Below are positions 1 through 12,987 of a stretch of 64,000 nt of DNA, piece by piece (the stretch's first letter is position 1; the number at the start of each line of letters is the position of its first letter). Under the pieces are notes generated by a model that searched no databases, was not told where the DNA came from, and worked only from the letters and a program-made list of their open reading frames with translations. A program made the translations under genes and the position numbers. The DNA lies in contig NC_043000.1 of assembly GCF_006345805.1 (NCBI RefSeq), positions 19,840,001 to 19,904,000 of the forward strand, in the 5' to 3' direction. This DNA comes from Octopus sinensis. Taxonomy: Eukaryota.

Positions 1-2529
1 GATAACAATCGAATCATATTTAATTCAGGGCTCTCTACACTACAGTCTTTCAATTCTGGTGTACCCTAAACTTTATTTATGTCTCCTACATTCTTCCTTC
101 TTTACATTACTGACATATTTACTTTCACACCTAGGCAGCCAAAAACACTCTTCACTCAACCATAACATTTTGCACACAGGTTCACACAACACTGAAAACT
201 CCATAAAAAGAAAAGTACTACAGAGACCTTGGAATATTGTTCAATGAAGCCATGACAATTTAGTCACTTTCAACAGTGCAAAAATATAATTGCTACATTT
301 GTCAATGAAACATCCTGTTTATAGATAAATAACATACAGCTAATGTCTTAAAAGTTTCTAGAAATCCTAAGCCTTACAATATGTGAATATCTCTCCTGTC
401 AACCACATATCTATAATATTGTCAAATTTACATTCCAAAGTCCAGGCTTCTTCTTTGGAGAACATAAAATAAAGCGTCAGTTGCTGACCTTATATAAACT
501 ACGTTAGCCACTTACACTGGCGTACTGCTCACTCCTTATGAGATGACAATAATGTAACACACATGCACACACACATGCACACGTGCACACACACACACAC
601 ACACACACGCGCACACACACACACACACCACACACACACACACACACACGCACAAACACACACACGCAAGTATCTCGAACCAAATCTCAAAAAAATAAAT
701 GGCCATTTGGCAGCTTGACAATGATTCATCAACTCAATAACCACTGATTCCTAGATGTGTTATATGTATCTTCTCTCTGTCTTTTTCACCACTACCATTA
801 ACAACAATCTCTGTTTCACCAAAGTTTACATGCTGATTAACCTAGCTCCATCTTTGATCATCAGTCCTACTGTGTTTTACCATAAATATCACACTAATTA
901 CTTTTTTCAATCATTCCTCTATCAGAGCTGCAGCTCTTCTTAATATCATCTTTTCTTGTTTTATCCCTAGAGGCATCATTCAACAGAAGGTCAAGCTGAA
1001 CAAAAACCACATAAATATTATCAGCTTAGGGATACCCAAGCTGAGTCAGGAGTGTTTTCTCAACTCTCCTAAGCAGCTACTGGTCTTGTATACACCCAGT
1101 CAGCTCTTGAGTAGTTAACCAATCAAACAAAACATTTACCTAGTGCATGTAGTTATCATCATCTTGTCTTTATTGTCAACATGTTGTCTTAAAATATAGG
1201 TCTTAAAACATGTAGTCTAATTTTATGATGGCATGTCATAATACTGCAGAAAATTTAAACTGACATATTAAGCAGATCAAGTTATCCTGAAAATCCCGCC
1301 TCCTGTCTTTTACAGTCTCATTAACATGAGAAGATATAGAGTTTAAGGCATATATAACAGAAACCAAACTGAAAGCATAAACAACAAAAGTTAAAGTATA
1401 AGTACTTGCATTTTAAGCTTAGTTGAATCAAGTGAAAAATGCTAGTGAAACACTTAAGTAGTGTGAAGAAAATCCTACTTAAGAGAGGTTTAGAGTTACT
1501 AACAACAGCTGTTTGCCAAAACGATGACAGCTTTGAAGTATTGAGCCAATTGGTTTTCTTCAAACAAATACTTTATTCTAGATGTATACTGAAATACTAA
1601 CTAAGAGGACACCAACTGAAACCATAAGATTGCCGTTATGATATGACCCTAGGATAGGTATATTGCTTGTTGTATGTACTAACTTTCAAACTTGGACAAG
1701 TCAAATTATTTGCATATTTATTATATATTTGTCTTGCCTTCAAATACCATAATTATCAATGCCATTCATAGCTACTGAGTACTAAATAAAATAAGACTCT
1801 ATAATAGAAATTTTCTGAAAAGGATCCTTCTAAACCCCTTAAATAATGAATAGTTAAATTGTGTCAGGTGAGATTTGAACTAAGGACTGTAAGACTAAGA
1901 TTTTGGATATTGTAAAGGATACAATTCAGTACTTGACTGAGATGGACATCGTCATTGCAATAAAAGAATTATGAATAACTACAAATGTCAAGTAATTTTG
2001 GATACAATTTTGTATATGATTATTGTAAATTATTTAGATGGGGGGAAACTCCAGGGGTAGTTGCTCTGTAGTTGCTGTTCTGGACTGGTAGAATACAGAT
2101 TCAAATAACTCAGAAGACATGAGCAGGAAGTGAATATGAGAGAGAAGACAATTTGGTGATTAATTGAGACAATAATAAAGATGAGAGTAAAAATTAAGTA
2201 TGATGGATGATGGGGGATATAGAATGCGAAGACAGAGAATCAGAGGGAGTCGTAATTACAGTATAACAGAGATAGAAAGAGCATAGTTTAAAGTCAAGTT
2301 TAGGGGCAGAGTGTGATGATGATAATGGTGGAAGAGGTTTACCTTACAAAAGGAACATAGTTTGAGGATGAGTCAGAGGTTAGAGGCAGTTCATGATAGT
2401 AATGATATGGGGTGGGGGTGTCTAACAAGAGGTTTACATATGAAATTTCAGATGAAGAGAGAACATAAATGCAAAATGAAACAAAGATGGAAGGCAGCTT
2501 GAAATAGGTCTGTTAAAGAGACAGACGAG

Positions 2530-2900
2530 TGTTCCTTAGATCTGGCCTAACATTTTGGTAAAAGAAGACAGCTGCACTACTCCATCTTCTTTGTGAGGTT
2601 CAGCCTCTTGAGAGCCGGCTTCATCATTTCTGCCAATGTCTTCCTTGGTCTTCTTCCACTGGATTCTTCACATTATTCTCCTGGCACTTTTTCACGGACC
2701 ATCATCTAAATGCATTACATGTCCATACAAGCATAACTGTCACTCTAGCATACTACCATAGATTCTACTTATATCTAATTTTTCTCTTAGTTCTTCTATG
2801 CTTCCTCATTCATAGACTGTAACATAGCACATCCAGGGAATCTGTTCACCTAATTTCTTTCCAACCATCACGCATCTTCTGTCCTCTGCATTCAGTGACC
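2530..2900 (-). mobile_element. Decayed RTE LINE fragment (RT C-terminus)
   Basis: The reverse strand shows remnants of the RTE C-terminal motif (W.GHVMH...RR..GRPRKT), broken by stops. Confidence 0.5.
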
Positions 2901-3039
2901 ACATTTCATTCAGTATCATGCAGCATTGAAGTTTATAAACATACATCAAACAATCTATCTCTCACTCTATCTTGTGCTTGCATGGATCAGACAGAATTTG
3001 TGGAGGCAGACTTTTATGGGCCAGACACTGGTTTTGTCA

Positions 3040-3392
3040 CCAACTAAAAACCTGTTTCTAAGCAAGGTCATATTTTCTCATATAGCCAGACATGTACTTC
3101 ACAGAAGACTGGAAGTTAACAATATCACTTATGATGGTGATACTTGTTCACAGCTTTCACATGATGCCAAAACAAGAATACACACAAACACACACAAATA
3201 CATACATATATGCATGTATGCACACACACACACACACACACACACAACAGACTTCCTTCAGTTTCTATCTAGCAAATCTATTGCTAAGACTTTGGTCAGC
3301 CTGTGGCTATAGTAGAAGACACTTGCCCAAAGTGTTTCACAATGGCACTGAGCCCAAAAAACACATGGCTGAGATGCAGTCATGCCTGTGTC
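3040..3392 (-). mobile_element. tRNA/CORE-type SINE (RTE-tailed family)
   Basis: Reverse complement of the head and CORE-like block (ttgggcaagtgtcttctactatagcc...actgaaggaag), an internal (CA)n, and a body shared with the copies at 19850, 42540 and 59100. Confidence 0.75.
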
Positions 3393-3410
3393 ATATATAT
3401 ATATATATAT

Positions 3411-4335
3411 CATCATCATCATCATCATCATCTTCATCATCATTTAACGATTGTTTTCCATGCTGGCATGGGTTGGACAGTTTGACATGGAGCTAGCCAG
3501 CTGGGTAGCTATCCAAAATCCAATTGTCTGTTGTGGCATGGTTTCTACAGCTGGATGCCCTTCCTAACGCCAACCACTTAACAAAGTGTGCTGGGTGTTT
3601 TCTACACGCCACTGGCATGGATGTGTTCACATGGCACTGGTAAAGGTCCATTTATGCAGCACCAGCATGGGTACTTTTTATGTGGCACCAGTACCTGAGG
3701 GGATAAGCCTATAAGTATGGAAGACAGCCATTTTACTTAGCTTGACGCATCTTTTCAAGTACAGCATATCACCACATCTTCCAGTCTCTTGTCATTTGCT
3801 TAGTGAGGCCCAGCATCCGAAGAACCTTTCTCACCACTTCACCCCACGTCTCCCTGGGTCTACCCTCCACAGGTTCCCTCCACAATTAGAGCTCAGCACT
3901 TCTTTACACATCTGTCCTAATCCATATGCATCACATGACCAAACGAGCACAGTCTTCCCTCATGCACACAACCTCTGATGCCTCTTATATCCAGTCTTCT
4001 ACTTAAATCATTTACACTCTGTCGTGCATCCACATTGATATTACCCATCCAGTGGAGCATGCGAGCTTTATTTCTTTCAAGCCTTCACAAGTTTTCTGTA
4101 GCCAAAGTCCATGTTTCACTGCCACGTAACATAGCTGTATGTACACAGGTATCATACAATCTGCCTTTCACTCTGTGGGAGAGGCCCTTAGTTACCAACA
4201 AAGGCAGAAGCTCTCTGAACTTTGTCCAGCCCATTCTTATTCTAGCAACCACACTTTCAGAACTTCCTCCTCCTCCACTGGTAACTTGGTTCCCTAGGTA
4301 ACAAAAGCTATCTACTACTTCTAATGATCCCCCCT
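3411..4335 (-). mobile_element. 5'-truncated RTE LINE (family A): RT C-terminus, 3'UTR and (GAT)n tail
   Basis: Minus translation gives SLEVVDSFCYLG...RIRMGWTKFRELLPLL...KGRLYDTCVHTAMLRGSETW...GHVMHM. The 3'UTR ends in a tail read as (CAT)n at 3411 on +. Confidence 0.9.
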
Positions 4336-4562
4336 ACATACATGCATACACACATACAAATACATATGATACACACCCATGTATTTGTGTGTGCAAAGTT
4401 CAATTGGTGCTATGTTTTGCTTGTTCAGTGCAGATTTATTATAAATAATATACCAGTTCTAGTCAATTGTATGAGTGCTTCTGTTGCTAAAAGTTAACTG
4501 ACTAGTATGGTTTGGTGAATACAACTAGAGAGTATACGTATAGATCAATTCTGTAGTGCATT

Positions 4563-5166
4563 GTAATCATCATCATCATCGTTTAACGTCCATTTTCCAT
4601 GCTAGCATGGGTTGGACGGTTCGACCGGGGTTTGGGAAGCCAGGAGGCTGCACCAGACTTCAGTCTGATCTGGCAGTTTTTCTACAGCTGGATGCCCTTC
4701 CTAACGCCAACCACTCCAAGAGTGTAGTGGGTGCTTTCTACGTGCCATCGGCACAAGGGCCAGGGGAGCCTGGTAATGGCCATGATCGGTTGGTGCTTTT
4801 TATGTGTCACCGGCACAGAAGCCAGTCAAGGCAGCACTGGCATCAGCCATGTTCGGATGGTGCTTTTTACATACCACTGGCACGGGTATCTCAACTACAA
4901 TTTCCATTTGATTTTTATTTTGATGTTGATGGACTTGACTCAATAGGTCTCCTCAAGTACAGCAGGTCGTGCTATGATCCAAGGTAAGCACAGGCCACCC
5001 TGTTATCCAAGGTACTTTGGATAGGCTGGAGCTGGTTATGTGAAGTTGGTGCAGGAAACAGCCATGAACTCACGTTATTTGTCGGGTCTTCGCAGTCACA
5101 GCATAACTCCAGAGGTCTTGGTCTTTCGTCATTGCCTCTGAGGCCCAACGTTCGAAGGTACATGAC
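4563..5166 (-). mobile_element. 5'-truncated RTE LINE (family A): ORF end, 3'UTR with about 3 minisatellite seed units, (GAT)n tail
   Basis: Same 3'UTR as the 3411 and 10779 copies (catcatcatcgtttaacgtcc...gctggatgcccttcctaacgccaaccac). The ORF end lies at 5080-5165. Confidence 0.85.
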
Positions 5167-6405
5167 CATCATCATCATTGTTCGACCGTGGTCGAGACAA
5201 TGGAATTTACCATGCTACGCCAGACTTCACGGTCCATCATAGCATTACAGAGGTCCTGTTGCTGGATGCCTGTATCCCTGGAGATTACATCAGGGTAGGA
5301 GAGTGTGCGCCCTCTGGTATTGCGAGTAGATGGCTTCCAGAGGAGAAGAGTAGAAATTGCCTCATTTTCAGCTCTACAACAATGTCCAGCAAACTGGACT
5401 CTCCTACCCTTCACAAGAGATGACACAGGTGGTAGTTTCCCATATATTTGCATTTTGGTTGGATGACACTTCCACGAGAGATTTTGAGCTCTCATAAGGA
5501 GGCGAGTGTAGGTTCCATCCAACCGCCTCTCAAGCTTCTTTGATAACGTCCAAGTTTCTGAGCCATATAGTAGAATTGGTTCGACTGTGGCTTTGAAGAT
5601 TTCAAGTTTGAAGTCTCTACTTAGATTTGATGACCAGATCTCATTACAGGCTGACCAGGCCATACCTGACCAGTTAGAAAATCTTTTCCAGATGATGATA
5701 TGTATGACCCAAGATATTTGTAATCAGAAACCATATTTAAGGGCACATTGTTGGGAGTATGGATGATGCAATCACTGTTGGACAGGCACTTGTTTATATA
5801 TTCAGTCTTGGCCTCATTGAAGTAAAGACCTACACAATTTGAGGCTTGTTTGAGAGATTGTAAAAGAGACTGGGCATTGGAGAAAGAATAACTGATAAGA
5901 GCGATGTCGTCAGCAAAGTCAGTGTCTGCCAAGTATTCAGCTGGGTGTCAGGAACTTCTTCTAGGTTTTATTTCAAAGCCCTTGCCAGAAATGGTATCAA
6001 CTGACATACGTAGCACATAGTCAATGACAATGATGAAGAGAAATGGGGCGAGTGTGTCTGCCTGCAGTATTCTGGCTTTGATTGAGAAAGATGATGTTTC
6101 TCCGTCAGGGGTTAAGATGGTTGAAGACATATCTGTGTAGAGGACCTTGATGGCAGAAATGATTTTGTCTGGTATCCCATAGAGCTTAAGGATTTCAAAC
6201 ATCTTGTATCTATCTACAAAGTCGAACGCTTTAGAAAAGTCCACAAACACCATTGCAAGATCGCGATTAAATGCTTTTGATTCTTCAATAAGTCTGCGTA
6301 GGCATAGTATCTGGCTCAGCATTGAGTGCCCATGTCTGAATCCATTTTGGTTCTTTTGGAGCAAAGGTTCAACAAAAAGAACAAGACGATTTAGAATCAG
6401 TTTGT
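5167..6405 (-). mobile_element. RTE LINE (family B) reverse-transcriptase pseudogene with (GAT)n tail
   Basis: ORF track: QNGFRHGHSMLSQILCLRRLIEE, FVDFSKAFD, ILQADTLAPFLF, DTDFADDIAL, YKYLGS, ILLYGSETWTL. The pieces are frameshifted. Confidence 0.93.
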
Positions 6406-6409
6406 ACTG

Positions 6410-6600
6410 ATACCATTGATACCACTGAATAACAAGTACATGACCATACCAGCGCAAACATCTCTCTTGCACACCACATCCGATGCTTCTTATGTGTCCA
6501 ACATTTCTCTCAGGGTGCTTGCACTCAGGGACTTTCAATTTACAACAAATGTAACAGATCCATATGGGCTTTGTAAAAAGGTGGGGCAAACTTCTATTTC
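6410..6600 (-). mobile_element. RTE family A RT fragment
   Basis: RSIGCGVQERCLRWYGHVL, homologous to the 3411 copy. Confidence 0.65.
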
Positions 6601-6959
6601 CTAGTTTAACACCACCAAGTAACCACAGGTGCAATCATTTGGAGAGAGTCTTTAGCCTAAGATTAATTCCCTCCCACTGGTTGCAGATGCTCTGAAGAGA
6701 GTCATGGCCACTCTTTTTCCTCTTCTGACTAGGAAATAAATACAAATAAACAAATTACACAGTTATTACTAAGAGAAATAGTTAGGAGTACTTATTAGAA
6801 GATATTACACATTACAATATAATTACATTATGTTGGATTATTTCTCTATTTATGAAATCTGTGGAATTCACTGTGATAATTGGTGATATCACAGGTTATT
6901 ATGGATGGCAACATGAGACATGGAATTAAAATTGAGATGAGACAATAATTATTTATTTA

Positions 6960-8420
6960 TCTATTATGACCAGCTGTAATTACTCTTACTATCCTGACAA
7001 CTTTTGACAGTAAGGCAGTTTTTATGTGACTGTGTGTGTAATTTTGACTAGAGTAGTTTGAAATATGGCTGCACAACCATAATGAAGGCACTCCGACAAA
7101 CTCTGAACGAAATTCAGCGTGCGCACACATACACACACACACTTCACAAGCTGCAGTAAAAGCAACCCATATAGGAGAGCAGTAACAGTGAATAGAAATT
7201 TTTTAAAATTTGAACAGAAAAGACATGGACTTTGAAAATCACATCAGAAGCACTCATCTAAGAAAACAATAACTGAACATCCCAGGTCTCATAGTCACAT
7301 CCAATACAGGCATTGAAATCGCCAAGAAAGAGGATCTTATCTGCATTTGGAATCGAAATCATAACCGATCTGTGATCTTCATAGAAAGCCATAATAGATT
7401 CACTGCTGCTATCAAGAGTAGGAGCATAAACAGAAGTAACAGTCATAAAACAATTGCATGGTAGAGGAGCTCGAAGATACATAATCCTATCACTGGAACC
7501 ATTAGATTGTTCTACTTTGTGGGTTAACTCGGTATGAATGGCAAAGCCAACACCCACTACTTGTTTTTCACCCTTTGGTTTACCCTTCCGGCACCTGTGT
7601 CAGTCAACTGATCTTCATCACTCAACCGAGTTTCAGAGAGTGCAGCAATGTCGATATTATACCAAGCCAACTCTTTGGCTTTTATGCCAGTTCATCATTC
7701 AAGGTTACTTGACCCTTCATGATCAAGAAGTGTCCTGACATTCCATACTCCTACCCATAATCTATATTGCTTGCTTGCATCTTTTTCTTTGTATTCCTCC
7801 TACTGTTGTGAACAACCGTCAGCTGCAGGTTGCTGACCAGCTTGATGGTAGAAGACATTTGTTTAGGTAACCTTTTCTAGACCTTTCCCAGATTTCTGGA
7901 TGAGCAGTGCTACCGTAGAGGGGACTGCTCTGATGCTCTCGACCTCGCCGAAGCATGCTGCTGTTCTTTCAACAATGCAGCAATGTTAGATGGGCCCTGA
8001 GCCACCCACGTGCAGATTCATGACTATGTGCTCCTAGCCCATTAAGCCTGCACATGTAGCCACTATTCTATCGCCGTGGGACTTGAAGAGATATCTGTAC
8101 ATTTAAATATCAATGCCACACACTTGTATGACATGTATAGCACCCACTCCTCCCCCAAAATCTGATATCCAGTGACAAACCAAAGCAAGATGACTGGGTG
8201 ATTATGGAGGTTGCATGCTTTATTATCCTGGAATTTAACCTCTCCAGTCGTTTTATATCAGAGTGTCCTTCTCCCAGTCTTTGCCCAACCAAAGGCTAAC
8301 TGCAAGACAGCAGTGAAGGATTTGAATTCGGAGTTACCTTCTCCTAGACAGATTGCCTTCCCCATGGCTTTGTTAAACCTAGGAGCTCCATCTATCCCTT
8401 TAACTACATTCACAAATACA
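6960..8420 (-). mobile_element. RTE LINE 5' part: long 5'UTR and AP-endonuclease remnant
   Basis: Minus strand has GVWNVRTLLD, GVGFAI...DRIMYLR...TSVYAPTLDSS...ILFLGDFNA. Upstream is an RTE-type 5'UTR motif (gtctaggagaaggtaactccgaattcaaatcc). Confidence 0.82.
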
Positions 8421-8444
8421 AACAAATCAGATACAATAAAAGAA

Positions 8445-8503
<59 letters not shown>

Positions 8504-8891
8504 CCGTTCCATTAAAGATAAAAAAAAAACAAAAAAAACATGTACACACAAATACACACATATATTCAAGAATTAAAAATGTAAATAAATATATATAAGT
8601 ATATATACACACAAACACATGCCCAATACTCACCCACAGTTCACCATACCAAACACACACCTACAATTCAGTCAACTATATACATATGTACATGTAATAA
8701 TTGGATGGCCATTAACTCTTAAGAGTTCTTCCACCCTTTTACAGATCTTGTTTTTAGCCCTGCAGGGTGTCCAATACACACCCGCCACACCAAGTGGAAT
8801 TGGTGGGGAGCCAGTTTAGTCGCCAATGACTTGACCATGCAACAGGTAGTACTGGGTTACATGGTACCAGTAGAGTAAATGACCTGACATA

Positions 8892-8927
<36 letters not shown>

Positions 8928-10778
8928 GTGTGTGTGTGTCCATACATGTAACTCCCAATAAATGTGTGGAGTGCCCTTCTTTCATTTGTCTACTCACTTG
9001 TACAGATGGTATCTGGTAATATACTAACATCTGTAACTAAATAGATTAAATAATTCTTAGTAGATATCGTATTAATATTAAAATATAAATTAAATGGTAA
9101 ATATGATTACAAGTTTTATTTACATAATATTATTTATGTATAGTTTACTAAAACTTTAATTTAAATACGTATCTCAAGAATATGTGATTAATATTTTATA
9201 TATCATAACTAATAAATTTAAGTTAAAGATACAACTAATGAGAGTTTTAATTTCATTAATATCTAATGTTTTAATTTTTTAAATTTTATTTTATTTATTA
9301 ACGTTTATGTTTTCCTTAATCAGATTGTTGATATCTATTCTCACTATAAATAGATATATTATGCACAAATATTGATGATGTAATATTCAAATATGGTAAT
9401 CAGTAAGCAGTTCTTGATGCGTCATTGTTTCATAGCTTTCAACACTTTAGCTCAAGCATACACAAGTGCATAAAATATATTACATATTCATAACTAAAAT
9501 TTTAAAAGTTAAATAAATAGTAACAATAATTATAATAATCTATTGTTTAACTATAATTTCTAGAATACAACCGGGTGACTTATAATAAATTTTTTAGGTG
9601 ATTAATTACTTTACTGACATTGATCTATCATAAGTAATAAGGTAAATTAAGATTAATGCTTTTAGCTCCTGTTAAAGAAATCGTATCATTTAAGCTAACA
9701 AATGGGTATTCTTGCTTTGTTTTTCAACACATTACATACGCACACGCACAGATGTATTAAACAAATTTGCATATACACATACATTAATAATTTTTTAAAA
9801 ATACATTGGTTGCTAAAAGACACATATCTGAGTCAATCAAGAGTCAACCAACAACATTGAGTCTAGCTCTTTTATTTATCAAATTCTTCCCCTGAAGAAA
9901 TACCCAATTAACGATATTCAATATAAAAATTTAAGTTAATTTAAATTAATCTAATTCCTGAAATTGAATTAATTGGGCATGGATGTACAAAATTGAATAT
10001 GTTCAAATAAATTGATGTCTAAACATCAGTTACTCTGTTTTCTTTTTCTATTATATAAATATACATGCATACATACATACCTACCTACATACCTACATGC
10101 ATACATGCATGCATGCATACATACATACATACATGCATGCATACATACATACACACACACACACACATACACATACATACATACATACATACATACATAC
10201 ATACACACACACATACATGCATACATAAGCATATAATAAGAAGTAGTCAGTTTTGTAGATTGAATACTTAACATTCTATTTTAAGAGGTCTGAGAGGCTG
10301 AGACAGTTAGCATCTCATTTACAGTGTCTTCTTTATATGCTGGCAGAAACAAAACTTATTTACAGTTTAAGGGAACCCTTTAGTTATAATTAACAGATAT
10401 TATTGCAGCAACAACAAAAATACCAAGATAATGACAATGACAAAATGTTCTGAACTCAAGAACAAGGGCTAATGTTGCCTGTCACCTTCCTGTTGTCCAT
10501 TAAATGACTACTAGATATATACTTGGCTGATTCATTTGACTGTGTCTCTTTCCTACAAATTTGTAACTTTGTACTAATATAATAAAATCTTTATTGTTAA
10601 TTTTTTAGATTAGCATTATGGACAGAGATATTAGCTGAACTGTTAAGGTAGTGGTATTTTAGTATGGCAATGCAAGGAGGGAGAGAATGGAAAAAGTTAG
10701 CTGTGGTTTTAAGATATTGGTGATTTAGTGGCAACATGAACAATAAATGAAGAGAAAGACCAGCTGGAGTGTTAATCA

Positions 10779-11975
10779 TCATCATCATCATCATCATCGT
10801 TTAGCGTCCGCTTTCCATGCTGGCATGGTTGGCTGGTTCAACTGGGGTCTGGGAAGCCAGAAGGCTGCACCAGGCCCAGTCTGATCTGGCAATGTTTCTA
10901 CGGCTGGATGCCCTTCCTAATGCCAACCACTCCATGAGTGTAGTGGGTGCTTTTTACGTGCCACCGGCACAGGTGCCTGGCGAGGCTGGCAATGGCCACG
11001 ATCGGATGGTGCTTTTTACATGCCACCGGCACGGAAGCCAGGTGAGGCTGGCAATGGCCACGATCGGATGGTGCTTTTTACGTGCCACCGGCACAGGTGC
11101 CTGGCGACGCTGGCAAACAGCCACGATCGGATGGTGCTTTTTACGTGCCACCGGCACAGGTGCCTGGTGAGGCTGGCAAACGGCCACGATCGGATGGTGC
11201 TTTTTACGTGCCACCGGCACAGGTGCCTGGCGAGGCTGGCAAACGGCCACGATCGGATGGTGCTTTTTACATGCCACCGGCACGGAAGCCAGGTGAGGCT
11301 GGCAACGGCCACGGTCGGATGGTGCTTTTTATGTGCCACCGGCACAGGTGCCTGGCGAGGCTGGCAAACGGCCACGATCGGATGGTGCTTTTTACGTGCC
11401 ACCGGCACGGAAGCCAGGTGAGGCTGGCAATGGCCACGATCGGATGGTGCTTTTTACGTGCCACCGGCACAGGTGCCTGGCGAGGCTGGCAAACAGCCAC
11501 GATCGGATGGTGCTTTTTACATGCCACCGGCACGGAAGCCAGATGAGGCTGGCAAATGGCCACGATCGGATGGTGCTTTTTACGTGCCACCGGCACAGGT
11601 GCCTGGCGAGGCTGGCAAACGGCCACGATCGGATGGTGCTTTTTACGTGCCACCGGCACAGGTGCCTGGTGAGGCTGGCAAACGGCCACGATCGGATGGT
11701 GCTTTTTACGTGCCACCGGCACAGGTGCCTGGCGAGGTTGGCAAACAGCCACGACCGGATGTGCTTTTTACATGCCACCGGCACGGAAGCCAGGTGAGGC
11801 TGGCAACGGCCACGATCGGATGGTGCTTTTTACGTGCCACCAGCACAGGTGCCTGGCGAGGCTGGCATACGGCCACGATCGGATGGTGCTTTTTACATGC
11901 CACCGGCAAGGAAGCCAGGCGAGGCTGGCAACGGCCACGATCGGATGGTGCTTTTTACGTGCCACCAGCACAGAG
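10779..11975 (-). mobile_element. RTE family A 3'UTR-only copy carrying an expanded minisatellite
   Basis: A (CAT)n tail at 10779, then the family-A 3'UTR (10800-10945), running directly into the tandem array. Confidence 0.87.
10947..11975. repeat. GC-rich minisatellite: 16 full units and 1 partial unit of 62/63 bp, two alternating unit types
   Basis: Units start at 10947, 11009, 11071, 11134, 11197, 11260, 11322, 11385, 11447, 11510, 11573, 11636, 11699, 11761, 11823, 11886 and 11948. Type A is ...ggcacaggtgcctggcgagg; type B is ...ggcacggaagccaggtgagg. Confidence 0.97.
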
Positions 11976-12200
11976 GCCAGAAATGAAGAGACAATGAACA
12001 GAAAGTTCAGCTGATGTGTTAAGACTGGTATTTCAGTGTGGTAAAACAAGACTGGAATGAAGAAAAAGATCAATTGTAGTATTAAGACAATGATAGTGTA
12101 GTATGGTAGCATCAGAATGGAGTGGGAAAAAAATTAGTTGGCTTGTTAAAACAGTGGTATTTTAGTATGACTGATATTAGAAGAACAAAGATAAACATAC

Positions 12201-12292
12201 CAAGATTGATGTGATTTAGTATCAGCATTTACTGCCTCACGGAGCACCTTCTCAGCCATTCGGTCATTTCCTAGGTTATGTAATACATTCCC
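12201..12292 (-). CDS. TTC7: TTC7 coding exon (probably penultimate; the terminal exon was not found and is presumably left of the window)
   Basis: tctttcag|GNVLHNLGNDRMAEKVLREAVNADTKSHQS-TG|gtatgt. Resembles TTC7B LILHQLGRYSLAEKILRDAVQVNSTAHEVW. 92 nt, phase 0 to 2. Confidence 0.93.
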
Positions 12293-12956
12293 CTGAAAGA
12301 GACAATTATATTCATCATCATCATCATCATTATCATTATCACCATCATCCTTAAATCACAATCATCATCTATTACTATTCAATTTATTTTCAAAAAGGTA
12401 CGGATTAGTTAAGTCTACAACAATGTGTTATCCTTTCAAGATGATGAAGCCCTTATAACGTTTCTCAACCTGCTAGATATAGCAGTCAAATTCCTCCCTT
12501 TGAATGATATTCATTTTTGTTTTTAAAAAAACTGAGGGATTACACAATCAAGAAAATCAATGTAATTACTACCTATTACCTAAAAATATTCACATTTTGT
12601 TTTTTTTTTGTTTTTGATTGACCACAAGAGTGCAAAGGAAGGATAATACGATGATGAAATACAACATAAAGTGGGATTTATATCAAGTAAAAAAAAAAGA
12701 TGAAATTTTAAAAAAACAATATAACAATAAAATATCAACAAGAAAAATTTTCCAATTGAGAGGAAGACCATCTGTAGTAAGTCTAAGATATTAAACTCTG
12801 CACAGAATCTCAGATTACACTGACACATCAAAAGCATCAAAAGAACCTTTTTTCCTATTTAGAAAATCATAGTCACAGTAGGCCAATAGAACCTCATCAA
12901 TGTTGCTGCTCTCACTCAACTCTCTCTGTCATTAAACACACTAGAAGGCCACAGCA

Positions 12957-12987
<31 letters not shown>

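Noticed and set aside
218-262. Minus-strand ...NNIPRSL* as the TTC7 terminal exon (vertebrate end is ...IIPRVL*)
   Set aside because: There is an in-frame TAA nine codons upstream of IPRSL, the expected LGEVL...CFLTALELE segment is absent, and there is no suitable acceptor.
529-744. Low-complexity ORFs (poly-VC, HT, NNN, III, SSS, RE etc.) here and throughout the track
   Set aside because: They are translations of di- and trinucleotide microsatellites.
9000-9960. Possible NUMT because of extreme AT content
   Set aside because: I could not recognise any mitochondrial protein, rRNA or tRNA motif in any frame.
10947-11975. CRISPR-like look of conserved repeat plus variable middle
   Set aside because: The 'spacers' are only two recurring variants, not unique sequences. 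There are no cas genes, and the array is continuous with an RTE 3'UTR in a eukaryotic intron.
10947-11975. Resemblance of ccagcctcgccaggc / gccagcctcacctggc (minus strand) to the HDV ribozyme P3-L3
   Set aside because: I could not find the required P1 and P2 pairings or the catalytic J4/2 segment within or across units, and there is no hammerhead CUGANGA/GAAA core.
10817-12112. Many overlapping 100-180 aa ORFs on both strands
   Set aside because: They are artefacts of the 62/63-bp GC-rich tandem array: frames shift with unit length, there are no splice signals and no protein-like composition.
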